Source: Lingula anatina
Taxonomy: Eukaryota; Animalia; Brachiopoda
Direction of reading: 5' to 3'
Length of the DNA stretch: 64,000 nt
Assembly: GCA_051362555.1 (NCBI GenBank)
Contig: CM120642.1
Location: forward strand, 34,100,001 to 34,164,000
In this document: positions 1 to 13,600 of the stretch, in pieces
Layout: each line of letters opens with the position of its first letter
Position numbering within the stretch: position 1 is the first letter of the stretch
Notes under the pieces: generated by a model
What the model was told of the DNA's origin: nothing
Seen by the model: the letters and a program-made list of their open reading frames with translations, nothing else
Database searches by the model: none
Position numbers and translations under genes: made by a program

Positions 1-398
1 TCCAGGTAATTCGTTCTAGACGTTGTACCCCCTGCTGTTAATTCGTCCTTCAGAAAATTCATATCCGGACAGAAACGGCATACATTCGTACCTGTAAGTG
101 TTTGGTATACCACGGCTTCCCGCCTAATATATACCACATCACGGCTATAACGAGGTATTCACGATATTAGATCAGAAGTGGCTTTGATTAAGTAAAGTGC
201 ATGGAGCAGTGTTGTGCTGTCTAGTAATAGTTGTGCTATATGGCATGTTAACCTATCTGATATGAGTTAATCACTCTCCCATAGGAGTCAAGATTAAGCT
301 AGGCTGCTGATTGTGGGATTGTGTGTGTGTGTGAGGGGGGGAGGGCAAACAACAATTTCCTGGCATCATCGTTGTACTGGGTATTCATAGACAAACTA

Positions 399-1784
399 CA
401 CACACTGGACAAAAGAAGTGTCACCCCTACTGAGCCAATACTATGGGGGAGATAAATGACTGTGGAATGATATGCTCCTGGTATCATTTTATTAACATCA
501 AATTTCACAAAAAATCACAAAATGAGAACAAAATATACATTCTACCAAAATATGCAGTTTCAAGTCCAAAATTAGTACTTAGTGGCATAGCCACTTGACC
601 TAATAATAGGTGCCAGTCTACGAAGCAAGGATTCATATAATTGTCTGATGCGTTCAGGGCTTATGCTGGCCCAAGCATGAAACACTGAATATAACAGAGT
701 TTCTCTGCTGGTTAGACGGACATTTGTAAAAAGTTTTGACATATCATTCCACACATTTTCTATTATGTTTGCATCCGGACTCTGGGCAGGCCACATCACC
801 CTGCGAATGTCCTGTTGGTCAAACCAATCATCAACTGCTCTGGGCCTGTGACAAGGAGCATTGTCATCCTGGTGAACAAATGGATAATTCCTGTCACCAA
901 ACATGTTAGTAATAGGTGGTAGCAAGCCTGACTCCAAAACATCGATATATTTCTAGTGATTCATGTTTCCATTAACCACTATCAATTCGCCCAAGCCATG
1001 GATGCTGATGCAGCCCCACACCATGATGAATATGCTGTTCCGGGTTCGAAAATTCAGTGCATGTGGTTCAAATGCTTTACCAGCAGTTTGCCAGCATCGT
1101 ACCCGTCTGTCATCAGAGGTCAGACCAAAGCGACACTCATCAGAAAAAATATATAGGACCAATTGTCATGAACTGTCTAGTTCCAGATCCTGTTGACCCT
1201 AGTTCACTCTAAGTTGCCTGTTTTGTAACGATATAAGAAGTTTCAGACTTGCTACCCTGCTGTACACTCTCTGAGCATGTAACCGACGCCTAGCAATTTT
1301 CACAGACACATTCTTATGTGTGAAATTGTTCCACTGTGTTGTCAACTGACAAGCAGTGTCGAACTTTGACAACCTGGACATCAAAATCAGTCGTCGGTCT
1401 TCACGGATAGTATTTTTTCTTGGACGACCCATCAGAGGCAATTTGTCTCTTGATCCAGTGTTTCTATACCAAGACCAGACCCTCTGCACGGTTCTGACTG
1501 AACAATTCAATTGTATCGATATTCTGACATTGCTTATATTCCGCCTCTTCAGGTTAATAACTTACACCTATAACTGTTAAATAATTGCTTGTATCTTACC
1601 ATATTGGAGGAAGACAGGAATAACATTTGCTGTACATGTACAAGACCAACAATACAATGCCATGGTATAGCGGTTTTATACTCATTAGTCAAATTATAAG
1701 TAGACCAGGCATTATAAGTACCCAAGATCTGCCTACTTTTATTACTCTGAGTTAGGGGGTGACACTTCTTTTGTCCAGTGTGTG
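399..1784 (-). mobile_element. Tc1/mariner DNA transposon (Tc1, DD34E), full length but inactivated
   Basis: Perfect 29-bp TIRs (cacacactggacaaaagaagtgtcacccc at 399-427, inverse at 1756-1784) flanked by TA at 397-398 and 1785-1786; encloses transposase fragments. Confidence 0.95.
572..1602 (-). pseudogene. Tc1-like transposase pseudogene
   Basis: ORF fragments 1199-1510 (HTH, GRPRK), 953-1162 (FSDECRF, IMVWGCI) and 572-937 (QDDNAPCH...WPAQSPDANIIENVW; 34 residues between D and E). Interrupted by stops at about 953, 1199 and 1549 and by frameshifts; probable ATG at 1602. Confidence 0.92.
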
Positions 1785-4700
1785 TATGATCATGATCTGT
1801 ACATGTTCTACTACTCATAAACCATCACTGATTTAAGTCTCAAATTCAGACGTGCCCTCTGGATATAGCCTTCACCCCCCCCCCCAACCCCCACCCCCAT
1901 CTCCGACAGTAACATACTTACCTTGCATCCTATTTCAACAAAATGTGCATTTTGAACACGGGTACCGGTAGCAAACCGGTCATTTGCAAAAGCGATAACA
2001 ACGCCTGGTTCGGGTTTAAAAAGTTAATAAGACAATTCTATTTATAGTTTAAAAAGATAAGCAAAATTTCTCAAACTGCCGCATGACGTGCCTGTATATT
2101 TCAACTTTCTCGACAATTCCGACAGACCCCAAATAGAAAGATATCTAAGCAAAACAAGTCCTGTTTTTATTACTGAACCGTCCAGTCCTCGCAGAGACTC
2201 TGGTGCCCTCACCTCCTTCCAAAATAACACGCAACTTACCACTTCAGAATCACTTTTTATTTGAACATTGCACATTACATTGTCTAAATATTTGTATCAA
2301 ATTTTTAATATTTCATCAATGCAGTATAAAACTGAAACATCATAAATGGAGCGAGGTAATGTAAAGACTCAGATATTGGCCCACAGCTGCACTATGCTTG
2401 TTGGTAAAGTAAACAACGTTCTGAAAATCACCTTTTCCTCCATGAAATTAATCAGCAAAATGCAAAGTGACGGAGATAAACTACCCGTAATAATTTGCAG
2501 TTAAACGCACGCAAAATGTACGTTATTCCTTATTGTTATTGTTCTGTACATCTAAGGTTACTTTGTTGAAATGACATTGGGGTAATAACCAATGGTAATC
2601 ATAGCACAAAACCTATACATAATGAAACAGTTCTTCCAAGTTTCCGGCTTTTAACCGATTAAAGGGTGCATATTCAATGTTGTTATAAAACTAGAAATAA
2701 TTTTGTGTAGAACGGGGTTGTAACGTGTAGTCTGTATGAAATGAACCATCAAAGGCTTAGGCACTGGTACCTACATAATAAAACCAGGGGCCATGCATTT
2801 CAGAAAAATAAGATTATTAAAAAATAATCCATTTACAAGTATGAATCGCTAGCAAAGGAAATGCATTAATGTCAGCGCAAACCCTTTGATTAATTGTACC
2901 AAGACGGAGCAAGAAGGGTTCTCAGTTGTCTTATGAAACGGTCCTTTCTAGACAAATCCTGGCCAGAAAGTTCGAATCAAGGAGGTATCATTTTGGTTAC
3001 GTTGTTAAAGGGTATGTATGTATAATCTATCCCGTCTGTCATCTAAAACCACAACCTTTGTCTTCGGGATATTGTCATCTACGTCAACGGAAACGTTAAA
3101 CCAGCTCCTGTTGCTCTAATATTGCCATTGAATTCTTGCTTTATCTCGTTACCAGGAGAAAAAAAACACACCGTAATTGAAAGATCTATCATTAAACCAC
3201 CTCACCTGTCTTCCATTTACCTGTATAACACACCTGACATTGCAAGAGTGTGAACAAACAACTTATCACACACACACATACACACACACACACACACGAT
3301 ACATAAACTTCAGTGCTTTTGTTGTATATATGTCGTGTAAATAAAAAGGGACAAAATGGACATCATATTGAAGATATTGTTGATCGCTTTTAGTAGTCTT
3401 AATCAAACTTTATTACAGTAATAGGGCTATTTATTTTTGAACCGACTTTTGAGGTTGTTAGTTACAAAATTCGGTACAATAGGGTTTTCATTGCCCCATG
3501 TGGTAGATCCCATCTATATCTACGATGACATCCTCGGCTCTCATGCTCTGGGGTGCGTGGCGACAAGTCGACGCTATATGGAGACACTTTGATGAAGGCT
3601 CGAAACATCATCCATCATAGGGGAATAAAACACACGTAATGGAGAACGATTTACCTTTTTACAGCCATAGTTATCCATCAACAATTAGATAACCTAGACA
3701 AGACATGAAGCAGTCTTTGTCATATTCATGCAATGTACGTTACGGTCGCATAACTCTGTCTATGTGAATCAGCCACCATGCTGGGTGCAGGTGATGGTAT
3801 TGGACTGGTAATGGATGGGTGTAATGTCTAGAACAACGCACCTGTACAGTGAGGTCACCAGGTCACATGTGTTCATTAACAAGAAAAACAGCAATTAAGT
3901 CAAGAGCAGCGAGAAGTCAACAAAACTTATTTTGTTTGAACGTCTTCATAGACTCCAAGTAATTACCTTCGACCCAAGGCTGCAATTTTTACGAATGCAG
4001 TTGCTTTGTTTTTCTGTCATTCCAGTAAGCGCAGGCTAGGGCAAATGTTTCACAGTCAATCAATAAGCTGTTATCTAAATATGTATTCAATTTTCATCGA
4101 ATTTTCTATCAATACCGGTCACTTTATGTAATAATACATGTTGCTATTGATTATAAAATAATAGACAAAAACATTATACCAGTATAGTGACTTGATAAGA
4201 ACCTTTTTCGACCCATCCCCCCGCATTCTATTTGGGGTTCGTCTGAATACCCTCATTCTGCTTTATATCATCTGGTGGTACTCACTCACAAGCAGTCCAA
4301 GTCAGTTTACAATTCATCGATATTTTGGGGCGTGTAAGTTAAACACGATGTGAACGGGGCATTTATGTAAACACCCATCATGCTCGGTATAATTGTTGGC
4401 ACTGCTGCGGATGCACTGTACTGGGAAACATCGCCAGCAATATTGCAATTAAAGGGATGATTGTGAACATCTTTCTCTATTATCATACATGTACCTGTAT
4501 AGTTTATTATGGCGATTTGATTTAATTCAGTAAAAAATAGTAAAACGGTTTTGGTTGCTTTTATCAAGGAGTTAAAACTGTTGTAACTCCTTGCTTTTAT
4601 GTATTTATTTGCATTATGGTAGACGGATGTACTATTTCTAAGCCATATATTTTATGTGGTTTTTATCAGAGACAGCCGAGAGTGGTGCATTGTCTACTGA

Positions 4701-6599
4701 TGTTATAACGAAAAGAACCAAAGGATCCGAGGAGTAGCACACTGCAAAACAATATGATGGGAATAAACAGTGCATTGCTCAAAATGAGAAAATCTATCGA
4801 CTGTCATATTTAATATATTGCGGACTTGAAATAGCGCGATTTCATAGTAATGTTATTAGATAATAGACATATGGTTGCCAATAGCTGCAGCATTAGTCAT
4901 GAAGTTTATTCTATTAAAATACCAAGCACAAATTACCATCACAAAATGCATGCACAATCACCTATAAAAACTCTTTTTCCCAGAAGGCTGAACTTGGACG
5001 TGCCTGCTTCAAATAAACAACCGAATATTATCTCGACATAGTGGGCAGTTCTCAGAATAGAACCATCAAGGCAACACGGCACAAGAAAAGCGTCATTTTC
5101 GCCGTTGTAAAGTTTTGATGGTTTTGTAGGTGTCTGACATCATAGTTTTAGAAGAAAACCAGGAACCAGTGACAAAAGTGACACATTTCTAACTTTACAA
5201 TTATCTGCACTGCCTGTCTCATGACAAACCAGTTCCGAGAATCCAAAACCGTCAACATGCCACGAACTGCATCAAGTCTTTGTGAAATCCATTAGACTTT
5301 GCACTGCGTATATAAAAAAGTGCGGCTTTACAAGAATTAACTGTCAACTTATGACAATGATTAACGGTGATATTATTCAGAATATACAATATGGTGTTTC
5401 CTATTTCACCTGCATTGAACCAAGTTTATCGTAGTTCGTTGTTCAAACCAGATATGTTGTTGACAAAACACATCAAGGATGAATGATACAAAGGTGAACG
5501 ATTGCTACAGGGTAATTTTTTTAGGAAATATTAAAACATCCACGAGCCGCTTACAGAAGAACGCCGCGTCGGCAGCGCATGTCCAAAGCTGGGGGATTGC
5601 CACATAATAACTTGTCTATTATTGGAACTAGACACATCAGCGTCTCTCGGCAAAAAAAGAAACAACTCTGTTCTCTTGAGTAAATGACAAGAATATACAA
5701 GCGGGGTATTTTTGACGGTTTATCAAGAGTGTCGCTTTGAGAACGTGAAGAAACAAGCCATTTTGTGACCATGGGCTGGAAAACAATGAAAATTCCGCGG
5801 TGAGTTATTGAAATGACTTGCTTGGTTGTTTAAGTGAAAGGAAAGCAAATACTGAAAAAATCTGCCATTCTGAAACGTCGTAATGATTATGAAGAAACGT
5901 TTTGCCATGGAGGACAGCAACTCAAATAGTGACATATTGGACGAGAAATAATATCCAACCCTTTCCGCCCCCTGTCCTGGAACTGTTTTAAAACACAAGG
6001 TGAGGTTTACTTCTAGGATACAACAGTAGGATTGCCGAACAGATGACCAGACACTTCTCATTGGCATGAGCGGTATTTCGATGTTAAATTTATTCCTAGG
6101 AGATAAGTGATATATTAAACAAGATTATTTATTATTTGATACAAAGATTTGACCATTGTTGTGAGGGTATAAATTCCTGTGGACTATAATTTCTATCTAC
6201 AAATGCACATTTCACTGATTGAAATGAAATAAGGGTATCAAGAGTTTTGATGGCTTCTTTTGTTGCTCTGACAAGACAATAAATAATGCGCCCGATATGA
6301 TAGCATATGACTGAAACATCAATTATAAAGAGAGAGACGAATGAGACTGATTAGAACCGTACCGAGCGAGATCAAGCTTGGAACGAATTAGTTGCTGAAG
6401 TGCTTCGTCTCAGAAGTCTTTGTAACTATCGCATGCCGTAAAAGCAAAAAGTGAATCCTTCAAATTATGGACTTCTGCATTACAGCATCAAGTAGAATTG
6501 CTTATTGGAAGTAAATACATGAGAAATGTAAACGATTTCCCACACCAGAGTCGCCAAAGGAGTTAAGTTCTAACTGAGTTAGAATTATTATAGCATGCA

Positions 6600-7643
6600 A
6601 TGCCGTTTCACGATATTGGATATGCGAATGTTACAATTGATAGTGCTGTGTCGCGACCACTGCCGAGAAATGTGACTATTGCGATATTGGCCATCCTGGT
6701 CATTTTGTTAACAGTCTTCGGAAACAGCGTCGTCATCATCAGCGTCGCAACGTTTGAACGACTTCGAACGAAGACGAACTACATCGTGTTATCGTTAGCG
6801 GTTGCGGATCTCCTGGTGGGGCTGTTCGTGATGACCCTGGCGTTGATTTATGAACTGTTTGGTCAGTGGCCGTTTAAGAGCGCTGTATGTTACATGTGGC
6901 TATCTATGGACATTATGTGTTGTACCAGCTCAATTCTACACATCTGCTTTATTGCAATAGACAGACATATAGCAATTGTTAAACCCTTGAAATACGGTAT
7001 TCTTTTAAGCGAGAAAATGGTGGGAGCAATCCTGTTTAGCATATGGTGCCTGAGTTTTCTTCTTTCCTTTTTACCGCTCCAGTTAAAATTCACGGAGGAG
7101 GAAAACTACAGAGGACTTCAGATAAGAAATGAACAATGTTATTACATAACAAACAAGTTTTATTCACTGGTTATATCAATGTTGACTTTCTATTTCCCGT
7201 TCTCTTTAATGAGTTTTGTTTACTGTCGAATCTTTAAGATCGCAAAGTACCAAGCCACGCGCATTCACGCTCAAAATATCGGCATCAGCGTGATTGAAAC
7301 GGAGCAGAGTGTTAACGTGACTAATGATAATAACAGCGGTAACCACATCTCTCAGCCTGCGGCGACCAACAACAGCTCCATCCATAGAAAGGAATACAAA
7401 GCAGCGAGGACATTAGGGCTGATCATGGGCTGCTTTTTTGTTTGTTGGTTTCCGTTTTTTCTCATCCACACCATCCACCCGTTTATCCCTACGTTTATTA
7501 TGCACGCTGAAATCCCCAAAGCCGCAATATGGCTAGGGTACTGCAATTCATGCCTTAACCCAATTATATATTCTTTTAATTCAGAGTTCAGAAAATCTTT
7601 TATGCAGTTGTTGTTAAAATGTAAATCCAAATGTAACTCATAG
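6600..7643 (+). CDS. Intronless rhodopsin-class biogenic amine receptor (octopamine-beta/D1/H2/5-HT4-like), 347 aa
   Basis: 7 TM pattern with GN (TM1), LAVADL (TM2), DIMCCTSSILH with Asp3.32, DRH, FYFP (TM5), KEYKAARTLG..CWFPFF (TM6), WLGYCNSCLNPIIY (TM7); N-terminal NVT sequons. Confidence 0.93.
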   Translation: MPFHDIGYANVTIDSAVSRPLPRNVTIAILAILVILLTVFGNSVVIISVATFERLRTKTNYIVLSLAVADLLVGLFVMTLALIYELFGQWPFKSAVCYMWLSMDIMCCTSSILHICFIAIDRHIAIVKPLKYGILLSEKMVGAILFSIWCLSFLLSFLPLQLKFTEEENYRGLQIRNEQCYYITNKFYSLVISMLTFYFPFSLMSFVYCRIFKIAKYQATRIHAQNIGISVIETEQSVNVTNDNNSGNHISQPAATNNSSIHRKEYKAARTLGLIMGCFFVCWFPFFLIHTIHPFIPTFIMHAEIPKAAIWLGYCNSCLNPIIYSFNSEFRKSFMQLLLKCKSKCNS

Positions 7644-9584
7644 CAGTCTAAAATCACATATCCTGCTAATTAATAGTTGCAATACAAAATCAAAATTATA
7701 ATGTTACGGTATTAAAAAACGAGGAATGAAAGGCTGATATTAAACTTTCAACAGTTAAAATCGTTACCTGAGTTTTTTTATTCAGAGAAAGGGAGGATTT
7801 TCTACATGCATAAAGTAATCATCTTATTCATCAATATTCAACCGAAGATAATTTCAACAATGTGGTTTTGTCAATAAAATTATAAAGTGAACAAGGAATA
7901 CAATAAGCCAATCTTCCTAAATTCTCAAAAGAAAAAAAGAAGCAATTTTTTAAATGCAAAAGAAAAAAAAAAACATTTGGAATGAAAACAAACTTGCTTT
8001 GGGGCTTGTATGGTGTGGATAGTAGGTACGACTAGTTGTCACTTAAGCACTCGTGTGTTTACAAATGCGTTAACAAAATTGCATCCACACGTATATATAT
8101 ATATATATATTTTTTTTTTTGTTGTTTTATTATTTTTCAAATTTCACAAACTAACAGCTACTTCAGTGGTCGTCACATATACATGTTTATATAGAGCACA
8201 AAACTTAAAAATCTGAAATTGATGAATTGACTGATTCCAGTAAACACTTCAACGCCTGACAATTAATGTATTGAAGAAAATAATAGAAAACGGACCCAAG
8301 CACCATTACAATATCGGTCCAATATCCAGTGCAAAGTATCTATCAACAGTTAATAATAAGCTATTGTCTTTATTTCTTGTATTTCATTTTTATTTTTGCG
8401 TGAATATCAGTTGTGGGGAGAGTGGAGGGGGTTGAAAGCACAATAACATGTAAACTTACTTACTTACTGGAAAAAGACAAGATAATCAGGAGAGGACTGC
8501 GTGCACGTTATTCCGTCAGAATAGAATGTTATTGAACGCATGAATTACCCGCATAAAACCCTGGTAGATGATACATAACCAAGACATCAGCAAAAAAAAA
8601 AAAGGAAATCGTGCATATATCCGCCAAGTGGACGTAATGCAGTAATTCTATACGTAGCCATTATCTACTTAATGACATAGAAATGCATCAGCGAAGCGTG
8701 GCCAGCTCAAGTAATTCTTATCTAGGCTTATCAGTTCAGTAGACCAAAAATGACAGATTACTGGTTTCAATTTTCCGTAGAAAAAAAGAAAAAAAATTTG
8801 TTCTGTCTGAGGACTGTTAACGTCCATCAGGCCAGAAATCAACAACAGGGTTTGTTTTAAAAAGAATTATATCTATGTACTATAAGAGGACCTTCTCCAT
8901 ATATGTTCTTGTTCAAACTTGACTTGTTTGTAATTTTGGATATATTGAATAAAAGCGGAGAGCTTCAAATGAAAAAAAACAACAACAATAATTGGTAATG
9001 AATACACATGCCTAGCAGCCAATGCAATGGGTGGTTGTATAAACCATGGAGTTCCAACAGAGACTCCTTGTATAGACACAACAGAAAAGATGGAAGTTAA
9101 TCATGATTTAAACGTGGATGTATAGATACACAACTGGTGTAATTTAATCCTGATTTGAACTAGACCAAAAAAAAAAAAAAACATAATAATAATAATAATA
9201 AAAATTGTCCCGACTGTCAGGTCCACTGAAGCCTCCAGACTCACATTAATAATCACAATCTGCACAAATCTGTTCAAATCTGCAGTCTCTTGTCTTTCCA
9301 ATCATTCTAGTTGTATCAATTTGTCAATTTTATCATAACAGTAAACCTTGGCGGCTGATAAGCTCAATCTGAGTTGCATGATCGAATGAGATAAAACCGG
9401 GAAATTGGTCTTTACTTGTTCCATAATCAGACACGATATATAATATGTTATCAACTAGAAAATAATTAGACGATATTTCACTGAAATAAAATCACCTCCG
9501 GTGAGGGGTGGTGTTGGTAAGATTTAAGAAGATTGCCACCAAAGATAAAAAAATGGGGGGGGGGGGGGGTAAGAGGGGGGGGGG

Positions 9585-9708
9585 CAGGGGCGGATCCAGG
9601 ATTATTTGAAGGGGGGTCTGCAGATGTAAAGCCAACCCGAAATACTAATTTCAAGAGGGTACCAGAAATCGAAGGAACCCCCTGACCCCCTCTCTAAATC
9701 CGCCATTG
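9585..9708. mobile_element. Short MITE-like element with imperfect TIRs
   Basis: Begins caggggcggatcc and ends taaatccgccattg; shares ctaatttcaagaggg...cccctgacccc...cgcca(c/t)tg with 29679-29763. Confidence 0.5.
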
Positions 9709-10626
9709 GGGGGCGTACTATATTTTCAGGATATTAGCCAATTGTCTGTCCACCGATCCCGTCGCCTGTCGTCGTCTTTCTGTTTTGCTTTCCTTATTTT
9801 CACAGTGCTTAGTAATCACACTGAATACACCTCCACACCTGGTAATGTGAAAGTCACCGGAAAGTAAAAGTGATAGTGAAACGATCGACTCAGCGTTCGA
9901 ACGTGGAGCCTGCACTGTGTTGGTGGAGGGGGGGGGGGGGGGGGTGAAGAGAGCGAGTTCTTCAATCTTTCTTAACACCACCCCATTCCTACAAACACAC
10001 ACACGCACACGCACACATTTTATCATGCAGTCATGGACCCGGAACAAGTCAAATTGTTTTTTTTTCCCGCTTCTCCACATGCCGAGTTGTTATATTCCTG
10101 TGTCGTGTTCTACCCCGGCTTGTGGCCCCGTGCCTCAGCACGCGGAATGACGTGGTTTGACCCAGGAAGTAGACATGACCTAGTTTCACATGTGAGGGGG
10201 TTGGGCACGAGTAGGCAGGGTAGTGTGGACGTGTTTTATTCTCACACTGACCCCGAGAGCTTCACACTGGGGTGGTACAGGAAAAGTGAGTAGCTTGAAT
10301 TTATGTAACACACAAGTTTATGAACAGTTAAATATTTGACGAGAGAGAGAGAGAGAGGGAGAGAGAGAGTTTGTTAAGTGTGTACCGCGATGCAAAAATA
10401 ATCCAGTTATCCAAAAGTTATGGGAATGAAGGCGTCAGGGAGAGCGTTTTAGAATGAACTTTTATTAGACCTTTAGTATTATGTATTATACAGAGGAAGA
10501 ATGAAAAAGAAAGATCTGTATATTCAGTATCTATAGTACCGGGTATGTTATATTGTGTTTTCAGCAGTCGATATTTTTGGTCTTGTTTGCAGGGTGGAGG
10601 CTCGGTGTGAACTCTATAAGGATGAG

Positions 10627-13600
10627 ATGAAGTATTCACTGCCATGGCTGTCACTGACCATATATCTGCTTCTTACAGACGTATGTATGAATATTCACTT
10701 CTTATCTGTAGAGGTAGTGAGATATAAAGTTAATAGATAAATAAATAATTACAGAAAAATTAAGGACAAACAATAAACAAAGTTGAGTCTTATTTTCTTG
10801 TAGGATGAATTCTGATTTTGAAATTGTATGTTTCAACAGAACTCTTTTATAAAACCAGTCTTGTTGTTTGTGTTGTAATGTCTGGGTCCTTCACCCTGAG
10901 CTTCAGAGCTAACTTGACACTAACCTTTTCACTGTAGCCTATCTCCATCGTGTCAAGTAACCTCTGACCAGATTCGATTGCCTCCGCCGCCCGCCAATCA
11001 AATTTAAAAGCCCGCACTCAATGACTCATTAAACGATCTAGCCAATGAACGCGAACGAGTCAAAGCGCGCTTTGTTCAAATCCGGACCAATCAAAGATAA
11101 GGCTGAATATCAGGGTCTTGCCGAAACCTGTGGGCAGCACGCATATAACATCGTCTCTCAGTAGATAATGATGCAGGGCATCATACTGCTCTGGTTTCAA
11201 TTCCGATATACTCCATGCTTTCTTTGTGTACGGTTATGCACTCGGAACCACTCGGAACTACTCGGATGTCTCCGCACTCGACAATAACTATGTTGTTAGT
11301 ATGGAGCTTGCGGAATCAGCCGAGGATTGCCGATTGACGATCAACCAATCAGCGTTTTCACCAAACTTTGGTGAAAAATTTTGAAACATGGATTCGATTG
11401 GCTTATATAAAATAGGTCAAACTATTTTCGTCAGAGGTTACTTGACACGATGGAGATAGGCTACAGTGAAAAGGTTAGTGTCAAGTTAGCTCTGAAGCTC
11501 AGGGTGGGGTCCTTTGATATTGTTATAAAACCAGTCTTGTTGTTTGTGTTGTAATATCTGGGTCCTTTGATATTGTTATAAAACCAGTCTTGTTGTTTGT
11601 GTTGTAATATCTGGGTCCTTTGATATTGTTATAAAACCAGTCATGTTGTCTGTGTTGTAATATCTGGGTCCTTTGATATAGTTATAAAACCAGTCTTGTT
11701 GTTTGTGTTGTAATATCTGGGTCCTTTGATATTGTTATAAAACCAGTCTTGTTGTTTGTGTTGTAATGTCTGGGTCCTTTGATATTGTTATAAAACCAGT
11801 CATGTTGTCTGTGTTGTAATGTCTGTGTCCTTTGATATTGTTATAAAACCAGTCATGTTGTCTGTGTTGTAATGTCTGTGTCCTTTGATATTGTTATAAA
11901 ACCAGTCTTGTTGTTTGTGTTGTAATGTCTGGGTCCTTTGATATTGTTATAAAACCAGTCTTGTTGTTTGTGTTGTAATGTCTGGGTCCTTTGATATTGT
12001 TATAAAACCAGTCTTGTTGTTTGTGTTGTAATATCTGGGTCCTTTGATATTGTTATAAAACCAGTCATGTTGTCTGTGTTGTAATATCTGGGTCCTTTGA
12101 TATTGTTATAAAACCAGTCTTGTTGTTTGTGTTGTAATGTCTGGGTCCTTTGATATTGTTATAAAACCAGTCATGTTGTCTGTGTTGTAATATCTGGGTC
12201 CTTTGATATTGTTATAAAACCAGTCATGTTGTCTGTGTTGTAATGTCTGTGTCCTTTGATATTGTTATAAAACCAGTCATGTTGTCTGTGTTGTAATGTC
12301 TGTGTCCTTTGATATTGTTATAAAACCAGTCATGTTGTCTGTGTTGTAATGTCTGTGTCCTTTGATATTGTTATAAAACCAGTCTTGTTGTTTGTGTTGT
12401 AATGTCTGTGTCCTTTGATATTGTTATAAAACCAGTCATGTTGTCTGTGTTGTAATGTCTGGGTCCTTTGATATTGTTATAAAACCAGTCTTGTTGTTTG
12501 TGTTGTAATATCTGGGTCCTTTGATATTGTTATAAAACCAGTCATGTTGTCTGTGTTGTAATATCTGGGTCCTTTGATATTGTTATAAAACCAGTCATGT
12601 TGTCTGTGTTGTAATGTCTGTGTCCTTTGATATTGTTATAAAACCAGTCATGTTGTCTGTGTTGTAATGTCTGTGTCCTTTGATATTGTTATAAAACCAG
12701 TCATGTTGTCTGTGTTGTAATGTCTGTGTCCTTTGATATTGTTATAAAACCAGTCTTGTTGTCTGTGTTGTAATATCTGGGTCCTTTGATATTGTTATAA
12801 AACCAGTCTTGTTGTTTGTGTTGTAATATCTGGGTCCTTTGATATTGTTATAAAACCAGTCATGTTGTCTGTGTTGTAATGTCTGTGTCCTTTGATATTG
12901 TTATAAAACCAGTCATGTTGTCTGTGTTGTAATGTCTGTGTCCTTTGATATTGTTATAAAACCAGTCATGTTGTCTGTGTTGTAATGTCTGTGTCCTTTG
13001 ATATTGTTATAAAACCAGTCTTGTTGTCTGTGTTGTAATATCTGGGTCCTTTGATATTGTTATAAAACCAGTCTTGTTGTTTGTGTTGTAATATCTGTGT
13101 CCTTTGATATTGTTATAAAACCAGTCTTGTTGTCTGTGTTGTAATATCTGTGTCCTTTGATATTGTTATAAAACCAGTCATGTTGTCTGTGTTGTAATAT
13201 CTGGGTCCTTTGATATTGTTATAAAACCAGTCATGTTGTCTGTGTTGTAATGTCTGGGTCCTTTGATATTGTTATAAAACCAGTCTTGTTGTTTGTGTTG
13301 TAATATCTGGGTCCTTTGATATTGTTATAAAACCAGTCTTGTTGTTTGTGTTGTAATATCTGGGTCCTTTGATATTGTTATAAAACCAGTCTTGTTGTCT
13401 GTGTTGTAATATCTGGGTCCTTTGATATTGTTATAAAACCAGTCATGTTGTCTGTGTTGTAATATCTGGGTCCTTTGATATTGTTATAAAACCAGTCTTG
13501 TTGTTTGTGTTGTAATATCTGGGTCCTTTGATATTGTTATAAAACCAGTCTTGTTGTCTGTGTTGTAATATCTGGGTCCTTTGATATTGTTATAAAACCA

